From Macrostomum hystrix (taxonomy: Eukaryota; Animalia; Platyhelminthes): DNA of 64,000 bases. The notes under the pieces are model-generated. The model had not been told where the DNA came from, did not search any database, and worked only from the letters and a program-made list of their open reading frames with translations. Position numbers and translations under genes: made by a program. This document shows, in pieces, positions 10,176 through 22,400 of the stretch; within the stretch, counting starts at the first letter, position 1; every line of letters begins with the position of its first letter. The stretch spans positions 13,082,001 to 13,146,000 of the forward strand of contig CATNEN010000038.1 in assembly GCA_950097015.1 (NCBI GenBank), given 5' to 3'.

Positions 10176-13100
10176 ATGACAACCTACCAAGTAGTGGACT
10201 GCGGCTCCAATGCCACTGACGAGCAGTGCATAGAGGAACAATGGGGCCAGGCGGCCACTTACAGTGTGCCTCATCTGGCTGTGCTCACAGCAGCCCTTCT
10301 GCTCATCTTCTGCATCGGCTGCATCGGAAATCTCATCACCTGCGCTGTTATTGTGCGCAGCCAGTTTATGCGAACAGCTACTAATTTCTACCTGTTTAAC
10401 TTGAGTCTGTCCGACCTCGTGGTGCTCTGGTCCCGACTGCCTTTCGATCTGCTCACCCACTGGAGACGATATCCCTTTCCGGAGAGCCAACTGTTGTGTG
10501 TTGGCTCCGGATTCCTGGCCGAAACGTGCACATACTGCTCCGCACTGACTGTCACGACCTTGACTGTGGAGCGTTACTGCGCCATCTGCCGTCCCATGCA
10601 GGTCTGCCTAAACAGTCGCCATTTGCATTGGCAGACAGCTTTCATGCTGGGTAGAGGGAGGGGGTGCGGACCTAGCGAAGGAGTGAAAAGAGGGAATATT
10701 CAAGCCCATACGACAGAGTGGAACTCTTGTCCTCTACTCAGATGAAAATTCATTGAGTTGATGCTGCTCAATTAAGTAATTCTTTTTTGCTTGCACTGCC
10801 ATTCACTGGAGCAATTCGATCCAATTTGCGATCCAGATTTTTCACAAAATGCATGTTTTTATACGAGTACATAATCTGAGTTCTGATATCCTTATTTGTA
10901 CAACGTGCCTTTCAAGAGCAGTGCTTCAGCCCTCTAATCAATACAACACATTATATATATCATTAGATGTCAATCTTAATTGGCCTCCTCGTTTGAGAAC
11001 TTACAAGTGTAAGTTAATAAGCGAAAAACCCACTCTAAAAACTGAACTAGTTATACGAACTACTAAATGGAGTTTATAAGATTCCTAAGCACCGGTTGTG
11101 ACAATCTACCTGGGTTTATTCCGCAAATAGTTGATCTTCAGGTTTCAGGCCGTAGCCGAAGCAATGAGGGTGGATAAAAGATCAATTCCCATGTGAGGAA
11201 AAATGTGAAAGCCTGCAGAACTCCCATGAATGGATAACAGAGCGAAAGCCGACCTGAATTCACAGGCACGCCGGGGGCTCGGACTGAGCCGATCAGTAAA
11301 AGCGATCGCAGCTTCCTGGCTCATCTCGGCCTGCCTCTCGGGTGTGATGAGCTCGCAGCTGGGCTTTGAGGTGCTAATCAGAAATGATTCAAGCACGGCT
11401 TACATCGGCCGCGTTCTACCCGAGTCGCGCATCTGCGAGGTAACAAAAACGCGGCGAATTCCCTACTCATTCCTGGCCTCCTCGCTGCTGCTGTTCGTGG
11501 GCCCCATGCTGCTCATGGCTTGCATGTACGTGCGCATCGGTGCGGTGGTGCACCGCTCGCTGAATCCGCCTAAGCGCAAGAGCTCGGCCGGCTCCGTGCA
11601 CAGTCACACCAGCGATGAGAGGCGCGCTGTGCAGAAGGCCCGCGGCCGCAAGACGCTGCTCAAGCTGCTGGGTGAGCCCGCATTTCAGAAGCAATATCAC
11701 TTTTCACTAGGCTGCACGATTTCAAGGGAGACTGTGTGATTCAAATGTGGGTTCATTAGGATGCCAAACCAACAAAGGATGTACGCCGTGGCCTCAGGCA
11801 CAGTGCAACCTTACAGAGCACGTCTCGTTTCTCAACGCCTTCGCTAACGAGTGTGGTTGGGACGAGAATTCGGTCTCGAACCGTGTTGGGATAAAAGAGA
11901 CATTCACGATTTTAATTTTAATATACTTCTTCGTATTGGTATCGTCGTATAGGCTTTACACTTTGGGCTTAAGCTTATTTTAGTTGTGTCATCGAAGCTT
12001 CGTTGGTATTTTGAACTCTTAATTTTCGCCTTTACTACGAAAATTTACGTTTTTTCAGGAAAACGATTGCTATGAATTCACTTTTACTTATTTGTCACTT
12101 TCAAAACATATCTCAGCTTATTGTTTAATGATACTTGGGTAGCGCTATAAAATTCACATTAGAATCTAAATTAGCCTCGTTGAAACACTCACCACTTAAG
12201 GACATACAAATGCGAGTATAATTGTGCATCAAGAAGTGCCTCAGAGAGAGCATTCCAAATTCACAAGAACAGGAATTTTAGAGTGGAATTACTCGGGCAA
12301 GCTGCTGATATTTTTTAATGGATCGGGAGCTTCTTCGAGTTTGGTGCGAAGTACTCACAGCGTAAAATTATTTTTAATTTTTGCTACCTCCTCGGTGAAG
12401 CTAAAGCCAATCCAGACTAGTCAGCGAAACATACAATTGCCAGTCGACTGAATAGCTATTAGTCCGTTGCCCGTGGAAAAAAATTAAACAACTCAGACCA
12501 TTGGAAATTAGGTAGTAATTATATATAAATTAGGTAAAAAAAGATAAAACTAGGTACAACAGGACTTCAGCATAAAAGCTACTGGAAAGGGGACTAGCTA
12601 GGCAGTAGATCAACATGAGTAATGGTAATATGGCAACAAGGTGCGCATTACAGCATCAGGTGGATAACAGAAGATAAAATACTTGTTTATAGAATAAACT
12701 CTAACTCAAATATTGTGAGAAGGTCACAATGCAAAGGTCGTGTGAATTCTTGACTTCTCCTGCTTTTAATAATTTTTCTGCAGTGGGCATCGTCCTGGCC
12801 TTCTTCCTATGCTACGCGCCCTTTCATCTGTCCCGAATTCTGGCCGATGTGGTCCCGAAAGAGGCCTTCTGCAGCGACTGTGCTATCAGTCGCATCCAGC
12901 AGGCACTCTTCCACGTCTCTGGGCCGCTGTTCTTTGGCTCTTCCATTGCCAATCCGATCCTCTACAACCTGATGTCGTTGAAGTTCCGGCGTGCATTTCG
13001 GGGCGTCATGCTGCGCCTGATCGGTCGGGGACCAGCCACTCAAGCTCGGAAACCCCAGGCCAGGCAGAGAGCCGACTGGCCCGGCGGCAGCTGCCGGCTC

Positions 13101-13439
13101 AGGCGGCTGCCTCACCTACATCAGCCGCAAGAAGATGAGGAGGAGGCAGTGTGCTTGCAAACACTGCGACAAGCGCGACCTGCCGAGGTCTCAGCTGGAG
13201 CTAGAGAAGCAGTAAGCCGCAATGGCAGTAAGTGTTCCGTCAATAGCAACAGCAGCCGCAGCGATAGCAGTCAGGAGAATATCGCCTGCAGCTGGCGGCG
13301 GCATCGTCACAGTCGTCGGCTCAGTCGACAGCAGAACGCCACCCTCGAGTCCCGAGGATCGCAGACTGCCGGAAACTCGCGAAACTTGCACTGCCAGGAC
13401 CATTTAATTTCGCAAAAACTGTCGATGGATACAAAGTGA
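10176..13439 (+). CDS. Rhodopsin-class neuropeptide GPCR, neuromedin-U/PRXamide (capa/pyrokinin) receptor-like; exons 10176-10601, 11266-11671, 12784-13439
   Basis: GN in TM1, MRTATNFYLFNLSLSDL, TVERYCAICRP, FFLCYAPFH, NPILYNLMSLKFRRAF; GT-AG junctions keep the frame. Confidence 0.9.
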
Positions 13440-14299
13440 ATCTACCTGCAAAAATGCATCGAAGTCCTGGATTTCACAGCATTAAGTCATGGCAATTTAC
13501 AGAACATATTATTTTACTCTAATGCTCTTTTACTAATACAGCGCAAGAAAAAATTTCACGCATATGCTAGACTGTGTAAGCTTTTTAGTCACAGTTGCAG
13601 GCGTAAAATAATATTTTGAATAACTATTGATTACCTAATAACTATTTAGGCCTGCCAAGGGATCCGAAGTATTACTTCGAGGGTTTATCATCCCCACTGT
13701 GGCGAAGGGTCCCTTGTGTGCAAGTTTGCGTATTAATCATGACAGGTGAATTGGGGGAAATATGGATTTGAAAATGCTGGAAATGCCTTCATTGTAAAAT
13801 AGTGTTCAGTGAAGATCTCTCAAGTGCTTAAGTTGCTCAGCAAAGTCCTACAGCTCATGCATCTAAAGCAAGAGTAAATTGAATGGCTCTTTCAAATGCA
13901 AATCTAAAAAAAGCAGTTTCTGAAAAATGCCATACTCGTATTAGACAAAGAGCTCTTGCATATCAGAGTGCATCGGGCATGATTAAATCTGACAGAAGCA
14001 TATTATTCAGAATTCGCTTGGCAGCCCTGATTTGCTGCGTTCTTCACTCCAAGGACCACTTTAGCTATATACTGTTGGTAGTTTACAGTTCTATGGTTCT
14101 TGCATTTTTAAACTTGAAAAAATCTACGAATTAGAATGTCCAAAAGTGCTGTGAAACTGCAGAGATGGTCTCGTTTTTTACATCAAGAGTCATCGATTCA
14201 AGCAACTTTGTCATGCTGCAATCGTGCGGCCTCAGGCTCATGACTGACCGTAAACGGGGCATAAAAACACATTACTAGTGAGTGAGTCTGCACTCACTA

Positions 14300-14640
14300 G
14301 GGGGTGAGTGCAGAGCGGACTAGCACGCTTGCCTCTCGCAACAAGGTCCGTGAGCTCGATTCCACCCCGCTTTATTTGGGGCGTAGACGCGGAGAGAAGG
14401 CTTGGAGGCTTGTCGTGCAATTTAGGCCCTGTAGGCCTGTATAGTGAAAGTTTATCACACTGCCTGACGATGATAAAATGGCAGATGTGCAAACCTGTGC
14501 GAGTGTGTGCTTGCGTACATGTGTGCTGTGTGCTCAGGAGCCCGGGCAGAGAGCCACCAAATGATTTTTCCAGTGGCCACTGCCCGCAAACAAATATTAT
14601 TATTCTTATTGTTACTAATATTTTTGTATTTATTATTATT
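14300..14640 (+). mobile_element. tRNA-derived SINE, copy B (diverged, 3' region rearranged)
   Basis: Same head (TTGCCTCTCGCA, CTCGATTCCAC) and body (CACTGCCTGACGATGA) as copies A, C and D; TAT-rich tail. Confidence 0.8.
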
Positions 14641-16434
14641 ATGCATTAGTAGTCAATTGCAGAACAAGCTTGGAAACAGCTGAGCGCTAACAGTGGGCAG
14701 GAAACAGTTCGGGGCCGGGCAGGGCATAACGGTTAGCAGTCGGGAAGGTCGAAAACGAGTTAGACTTTTCGAAAACGACCCATCCGACTGGAATGGAGTT
14801 AGACTAAAAACTGCACAGACTGGAAGAGGATAAAGCGAACAGTCTTCCTAAAAATATTTTTGTATTTCGCACTGCTTGCCGTGAGATCGATTCTGTTGAT
14901 TCGATTTGATTTGTACATTCATCAGTGCTGATGAACTTTCGTTAAAGTGCTTGCGATTCGCCACGAATTAGTGATCACCCGTTTTACTTTCTTACTGTTC
15001 CAGATTTTTGTCCCATCATCGGTTATAGCAGTGTACCAAGTCATCAGGTTTTTTTTAATAACAGTCATCCGCCTTGTGGGACTTTTTTCAGAACTTCCAC
15101 AATCTACCTACCGTCTTGTGCTTCATTCAGTAAGCCTTGGTTTCCAAGAAATTTCTTTCACATATGTAGTAAGTTTTTTTGCATCCGAAGCCTTTATCTA
15201 ATAACGCCGCAAAGTCACTATTATACTGACATCAATATTGTAAAGCTGGCCCTCTTATATAGGAGTGTCTATAAATTAATGTATTCTGCTTATAACTGGC
15301 TTGTTGTGCCTTCCAGCATTGCTGAAAAGGCAGCATGCCAACAAGGCATTGTGCGTGCTCTCGTCTTGCTGTCCAATCCCTACTTTAATATAACCGTAAA
15401 AAACTTTGACTATTCAGGAAAGCCGACGCAATCAGATCCGGCCAAATTAGGCTACTAAGAAAGTTGAGTTGTGTTCAGAACAGCACAGAATATTAAATAA
15501 GGCCAAAAATGGTCGTGGTTGTTGAGTGACGAGTTTCTTCACATCGGACAGCTTCGTCTCGAGACATCACGCATCCACTTCAGATAATGAACCTATAAAT
15601 ACATTTGTGAGTTTCAACAGTACATGTACCAGAATACCCAATACGGGCATCGCAACTATAGTATACTCGTACATGTATTTGGCCCAGCCTTAACGCGCAC
15701 GGCATGAGAAGTTAGCTTTTCTAAATTCCTACTTACTCTGAAGACGATTTTTTGCTATTTCGTAGTCAATTTCAGATGGCACACTTAACGCACTGCAGGA
15801 CTAGTAAATGTGGTTCCTCTGAGTCTGTCAGAGCTTCGGGATCGCTTTGGTACCAGCTTGGGTAATTGAGACTGGGTGTCGCGTCCCCCGTTTCCATGAC
15901 TGAACAGCCGTACGCAGTCTTCAGATGTTGCGCGTATATAATACGCGAAATAATAAAAAATATTTTGCTGACTTGCTTTGAATTAAAACTGTCATGCAAT
16001 ATGGCAATTCTACGTAAAATTTTTAATACTCCCTAGTTAAGTAGTTTGAGTGTTAACTATTAACTGTGAATGCAGATATAAGGAAATTACATACACTAAC
16101 GGAATGACAAGTTAACGCGATTTTCACTTGAAACTAAACGTTTTATAATGCTGAATTATGGATTCATTTTCCAATACTACAATACAAAAACTTCAAGAGA
16201 AGCAAAATCAGATTTATTGCGATAAGCGAATCAATGAACAATGAATCAATGAAAACCACACAAAACAATCAGGCTTGCGAGTTGCAAAATAGCAGGCACA
16301 AATTCAAGAGACACATGATAGGTCAAGCAAGAGACACAATAGAGTAAAGGTCAGGAAAGAGAGAGTGACAGTCAACGTGACAGTGAATCCCATTAGACAA
16401 AGCATGTGAGTTTTGCAAGACGGCCGTCAGGAGC

Positions 16435-19400
16435 CTATCTGGCGCTGTCCATCTCGAGGCGCTGCCTGTGGGGAGAAATCTCATGATCGGGCAGCACCAG
16501 CGAGAATTCTAGACTGACAAGGATTGGCAGTTCGAACAGCAAAATCTCGCGCTTTGTGAGGCGGAAGGCGCTCTCTAGCTCCTGTGATATCGGGATATCA
16601 AAATCCGGGTATGTACGAGGTATAGTGACCATTAAAATGACCAAGAGAATAGATGGTACTTACCTCAAAAAGGTTGGCAAGATCTGGCCCTTTGACATCG
16701 TTAAGCTTGGCAGACAGAACCAAGCAGGTGGCGCAGCAGCACTTGCGGTTAACCTTGTTCACCAGACCTTTTAGTGCCAACTTCTCAAAGAAAACGTAGG
16801 CCTGTGCCAGGGCCCAAAGGTCTGTGTTTGACTGGGAAAGCATAGTGGGCAGAAGGCAAAGATTTGGAGATAGGATTACTTAGGCAACTCAACTTTTGCA
16901 AAGGAGCGACAGCTGCAGAGCTCAGTGAGGGAGCGGGTGGCCCACCCAGAGGACTCAGTGAGGGAGCGGGTAGTCTGGAAAATAAAGTAAAGCAACTGGG
17001 GGAAATACAGCCATGAACGCGACGCGATACAAGGAGGCTGGTGCTTGAAGCAATGCACTGCCTGCCCTGCAGAAAACCCTTTTTGTTCTCTTCAGCGGAA
17101 CTGCGACTGTGGAAAAGCTGAAATTCTCTAAAGGACAGAGACTAGCAAGTGTAAATAATAGCTGAGGCTGACTAAAAAGACAGGCGATTCTAATAAAAAG
17201 CACTTCACGACTATTTTTAAAGAAAAATATAAATTAAGTCAAGTGAGAAAATGCCAAGTGCATTTTTTCTATTTATTACATATTGCTCACAAGGACGTGA
17301 AATTCTCACAGATCTGGATGAAATCAGCAGCAGAGCACTCTCATATCTAGATGAAATCAGCAGCAGAGCACTCTCATATCTAGATGAAATCAGCAGCAGA
17401 ACACTCTCATATCTAGATGAAATCAGCAGCAGAGCACTTTCATATCTAGATGAAATCAGCAGCAGAGCACTCTCATATCTAGATGAAATCGGCAACAGAG
17501 CACTCTTATATCTAGATGAAATCAGCAGCAGAGCACTCTCATACCTAGATGAAATCTAGAAGAAGCAAATTGGCCTACCTTCTTAGCCACCCTGTACAGG
17601 TCGGCCTTGAGACTCCGCAGTTTGCTCAGAGTGAGTTGAATGTGAGGGAACCGCTCACGAAACTGCTGATTCAGGTCCTTCTTTAGGTCAGAGGGCCGTA
17701 CGTACTCCAAGATGGATGTCTGGGAGGTGAGTTGGTATTTATTTAAGTAGGTCAGTTCAACTAGTCATCATTCATCAATCTGACCCTAACTCACCACATA
17801 TGAGCTGAACGTGAGCACGGTCATGTGCTTGCCGCACGTGAGGTCCGGATTGTCCAGCAGATGCGGATGATAGACAACTAAAGGCACGGACTCTTTGACT
17901 GTCCGTGAGGCGTGGTGGGCGGTGATCGTGAGTCACATTTTAGCATTTCAGGTCTGAGTTTAGTAAACGTTCATTGCCAAACACTTAATAACAGATTTTC
18001 ACGGCATAGGCAATTCTTACTTTTTCATCAGCCATGTTAACTGTATCAGAGCATAAGCTTAGACTATAGACTGTGAGTATAGACTGTGAGTAGGGAAGGA
18101 CTCAAGGACTTCCCTACTTTGAGAGTTTGATAGATATTGATAGTTTAGTAAAAATTTAGTAAAAATCGATTTGTAACAATCAACAAGCGATAATTCGGGG
18201 CCCGCCTTGCTTCGGTTCTGTATTCGGTCTTCTGCCATGCAGATCAAGGAATGGGCAATGCTATTCTAAGAAAAGGCACCCGAAACTAAACATTGACCGC
18301 TAACAAAAAGGAGGACAATGCGTTTGAAACATACAAGGTGGCATAAGTTTTAAAGGTATTTGATAGAGATACAAGTTGTAATAAGCACATGTGTTGATTA
18401 AACTGCCAAGTTGCAAGACATAGTAAGACGCCTACAAAAGTCGAAGAACTGTTAGCTAATTGTGAACTGTTAGTCATTGTCAACTAGGTATTTGGGATAG
18501 AGGAAGAAAACAGATATAATTGATTGTTAACCCGATTGATCGGATCTGTCACAGAGACAAAATGTTTCTATTCGGTTTTTCATGTTTCTATTAACGCTAA
18601 AAACGCGACAATTAATCTGTGAGTCCATGCCAGATATTTGAAGGAACCGCCAAACTTGGTGGGATAAAACTGCGTGCACAAGCTATACCAGTAAATGGTT
18701 ACAGAAGGAGCCAGAACAAAATAGGAAAAAATTGGCTGTACTGGCATCCGAGACTGCCAGAGTACGGCGCCTCCGGGCATGAGCTGCAACACAGAGGGAC
18801 CCGACGACATAGGGCTGTTTCTTGGTTGTTGGTTGTTTGACATAGGACAACATCGGAAACACTAGGTAAAGAATTGCTTTTGTCGCGCTATGTTCCTATG
18901 TTCCAGAATCGTTCCTTCGATTCTGGCTCATCGTTCCACATAGCATGACAATTTGAGTTGTCTATGGCTTACTTTCTCGTGTGAATTCAAACGCTTGGCC
19001 TCAGAATTCCATGGGCCGTTCCGTTTTGCATGTCCACTGTTCCACATAGCGCGGCAAAAGCAATATAGGTCTTGACGCTCTAGATAAAACTTTAGACATT
19101 TAAAATAAGACTGCATAGGATCGCAAGCAAGGCCAGGCTAGCCACGGCCAGAGCAAGCCCAGTCTTGGCCATAGATGGCTTGGCTTGGCCATAGACTAAA
19201 AAATGAATATCAAAATGAGAATAAGACGCTCAATATGAGACCGGGAGTGAACGTAATTTATTTGCTTTACACCATACAAAAAGCTAAGGAGAAAATAGGC
19301 AATACACAAGAAGCAGAATAGCATATCGAAATGTTTAGTCCATCACTGAAGTCAGCCTGGCGGACTGCGGACTGGCGGACTGCGAGGCTTTTCGATTTAA

Positions 19401-22400
19401 GCACCTGCCAAAGTGCCTCTGACAGCCGAGTTCCCATCTGGCCGCGTTCTTAGCTGTGATGACGAGGCCGACTGCCTCCCGTGCAATCCGCTCCAGCAGC
19501 ATGAAGCGCCACTCCTCTTGAGTGAAATCTGCAGGTGGAGCAGCCTCTTCCTCGACTAGCTCAGAGTTCGCCAGCATCTGGCGAATGCGCGCCTTGAGTG
19601 CTGAGTTCGCGAGCTCCACAGGATTGAGGAAAGGCGAGTATGGTGGCAAAATCCTGATGGAGATCTGGTTCAGGAGCTGCTGAGGGACCCTCGCCGCACG
19701 ATGAAAATTTGGCCCATCCATCAGGATGACCCATTGGGCTCCCTGGTCCAATTGGTTGCATCGCTCGCACAGGGCGTCCACAAACTCTTCGTAGCGAGCA
19801 ACGGTTTGTCCACCGCAGTAGACATTCGAGTGCAGGAGACCAAACTCAGTCGCAATCGCCATGCACACCGAGACATTTGACCCGCGTTGTGTTGTCACAG
19901 TTCGCCGAATAGGACGGCCTTTCAGCGCACGACCCTGAGAGCGCCTGGTCCAGAGATTGAACCCGGTCTCGTCCAAGAAGACAGTGCGAGTCTCTTGAGC
20001 CAAATTCAGCATGAACATGGCTCCATATTCGTGCCTGGCTTCGATATTTGCCTCAGAATTTGTCCTCACCCTCACGTCAGTGCCTTTGACAGCCAACTTC
20101 ACGGTGTATTGCAGACCATGCAGCATTCGGTCCACGCACTTGTAGCTGACTTGCGGCTTTTCCGGAAACTGCGCAGCCAGACGTGAGGACATTTCCTTGA
20201 GTGTGAGGAAGGGATTTTCCTCCAGCGTCACAGTCAGGAAGTCTCTCATCTCATTGTCAGCCTTGAAATTTTCTTCTCTCCGACCGCCACGAGGTAGGGA
20301 TTCAACTCTGCCATGGAGGCGGAACTCCGCAGCGATCCTAAAGGCGGACGCTCTCTTGATCTTGAGAATTTGAGCGGCAGCTAGGATGGTTGATCCATTG
20401 TTTACTGCGTCGATCAGACGCTGACGGTCTGCTGCAGGAATCGATGGGGCCATAACAGTGACATCCCAAGGGGTCAGATGCAACCCAAGGGGTGAAGAAA
20501 GAGAGCTGGCTGAGGGTCAGAGCAATATCTGAAGGCTTTCACTCCCGGTCTCATATTGAGCGTCTTATTCTCATTTTGATATTCCATTTTTAGCCTATGG
20601 CCAAGCCATCCATGGCCAAGACTGGGCTAGCCTGGCCTTGCTTGCGATCCTATTCAGTCTTATTTTGAATTTCTAAAGTCTTATCTAGAGCGTCAAAACC
20701 GATACTACGCAAGAATTCAAGACAGAGCTAGCATGCACTTGTGGCCAACAACACCTTCTCCAACCTTTCTGGTCAGTCACCCATCCCATCTCTAACCACT
20801 GTGGTCAGTCATCAATCCCTTCTCCAACCTTTCTGGTCAGTCACCCATCCCATCTCTAACCACTGTGGTCAGTCACTAATCCCTTCTCCAACCTTTCTGG
20901 TCAGTCACCCATCCCATCTCTAACCACTTTGGTCAGTCACTAATCCCTTATCCAGCCATTCTGGTCAGTCACCAATCCCTTCTCCAACTATTCTTGTCAG
21001 TCACCAATCCCTTCTCCAACCATTGTGGTCAGCCACCCATCCCTTCTCCAACCTTTCTGGTGAGTCACCCATCCCATCTCTAACCACTGTGGTCAGTCAC
21101 TAATCTCTTCTCCAACCACTGTGGTCAGTCACAAATCTATTCTCGAACCACTTTGGTCAGTTACCAATCGATTGTCCAACTATTCTGGTCAGTTAAACTC
21201 AGCCCACAATGTGCATTTGGACAATTGAGCTACAATAAAAGTTCACAAATACAATCACATGCGGGGCTGTCAGCGCGAGTAGCCAGCCATTGACTCACTT
21301 GGCGATATGGAGAGCCCGGTCTGATTAGCAGCAGGTAGGTAGGCCTCGTGCTCATCCACGGACAGGTAGCGCTTGTAAGAGCCGCTCTCGCGTCTTCTTC
21401 TAACAGCAGATGGTTGTAAAAGGTAGCCGTAGGATACGAACTGTAATCAAGGCCAGGCATGTGCGGAAGTTGCGGGTGGTGGCTAAGAAGCACAGAATAA
21501 TTATCAGCACTGTGATTACGAGTAGCAAAGCAGCTCTTCTTAAAGCGCCATTCGGATCAGATAATTATTCTAAGAAGTAAGATAATCCAGAAAAGCGTGC
21601 GACAACGGAATAGCAGACCGTAGTCATCCACATAGTCATTACAGGTCACTCGACAAGCACGCCTTTTACCCTTTAATACCTTAAAATTGCGGAGAATGTA
21701 CAAAAGTTTAGTGAAAGGAAAAGGAGCAAGTACCCGATTTGAATAGATTTTCTATTCATAGTAAGAGCTAAGATACAACCAGTAAAATGGTTAGTTATAA
21801 CAGAATAATTTAGTGGTAAAGAACATCGAAAAAGGACTTTGGTAATAGTATTACAGAATTCCGCAAAACCCTCCTTCACTACAAGACAGCATTATAGTCG
21901 TATATAATGGGTTGTGGCCTAGTGGTTAGAGCGTCGGACTGACGATTTTAAATAATATTCAGGGGGATTTCCAATTTAAAAACGGGCGGCAAAATGGCTC
22001 GATAGTCCTACTGTTAAGGTCGTGATCTTGGCGCGATTGGGTTAGGTGTAATCAGTTATTATTTTTACTACTATCATATACTATACAGGGCATTAGTCGT
22101 GGTCGCTTGAATCACAACGGATTATTCATAAGTGGAAATACCTGGGATTTCGCTTTAACTCGAAGGGGACAGTCGATAACCACGCCATAGAAGTTAGCAA
22201 AATATGTGGCTACCCAATAATGTTTCTTAGGAAGTTGGCAGGATTCCGAACAGTCAAATTTAAGTAGCTAATGCTGTTCTGCACAGCCATGATAGAAAGC
22301 ATAGTCCTGTATGCCTCAGAGGCCTGGGCGCCTTTGTTTCCTGGAACTTGGGACCCTGGGATCGAGGCTTAATAGAGAGAATTAACTTTACGAACTTTAA

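Noticed and set aside
9759-10490. 243-aa minus-strand ORF
   Set aside because: Antisense shadow of GPCR exon 1 running into the SINE; no recognisable domain.
19066-20702. Fanzor/TnpB-type RNA-guided cargo in the IS630/Tc1 elements
   Set aside because: Both elements are ~1.6 kb and filled by the transposase and TIRs; no RuvC-like ORF is present.
17311-21195. 33-bp and 32-bp arrays as CRISPR-like repeats or repeat proteins
   Set aside because: Head-to-tail units without unique spacers, intronic, eukaryotic context: ordinary minisatellites.
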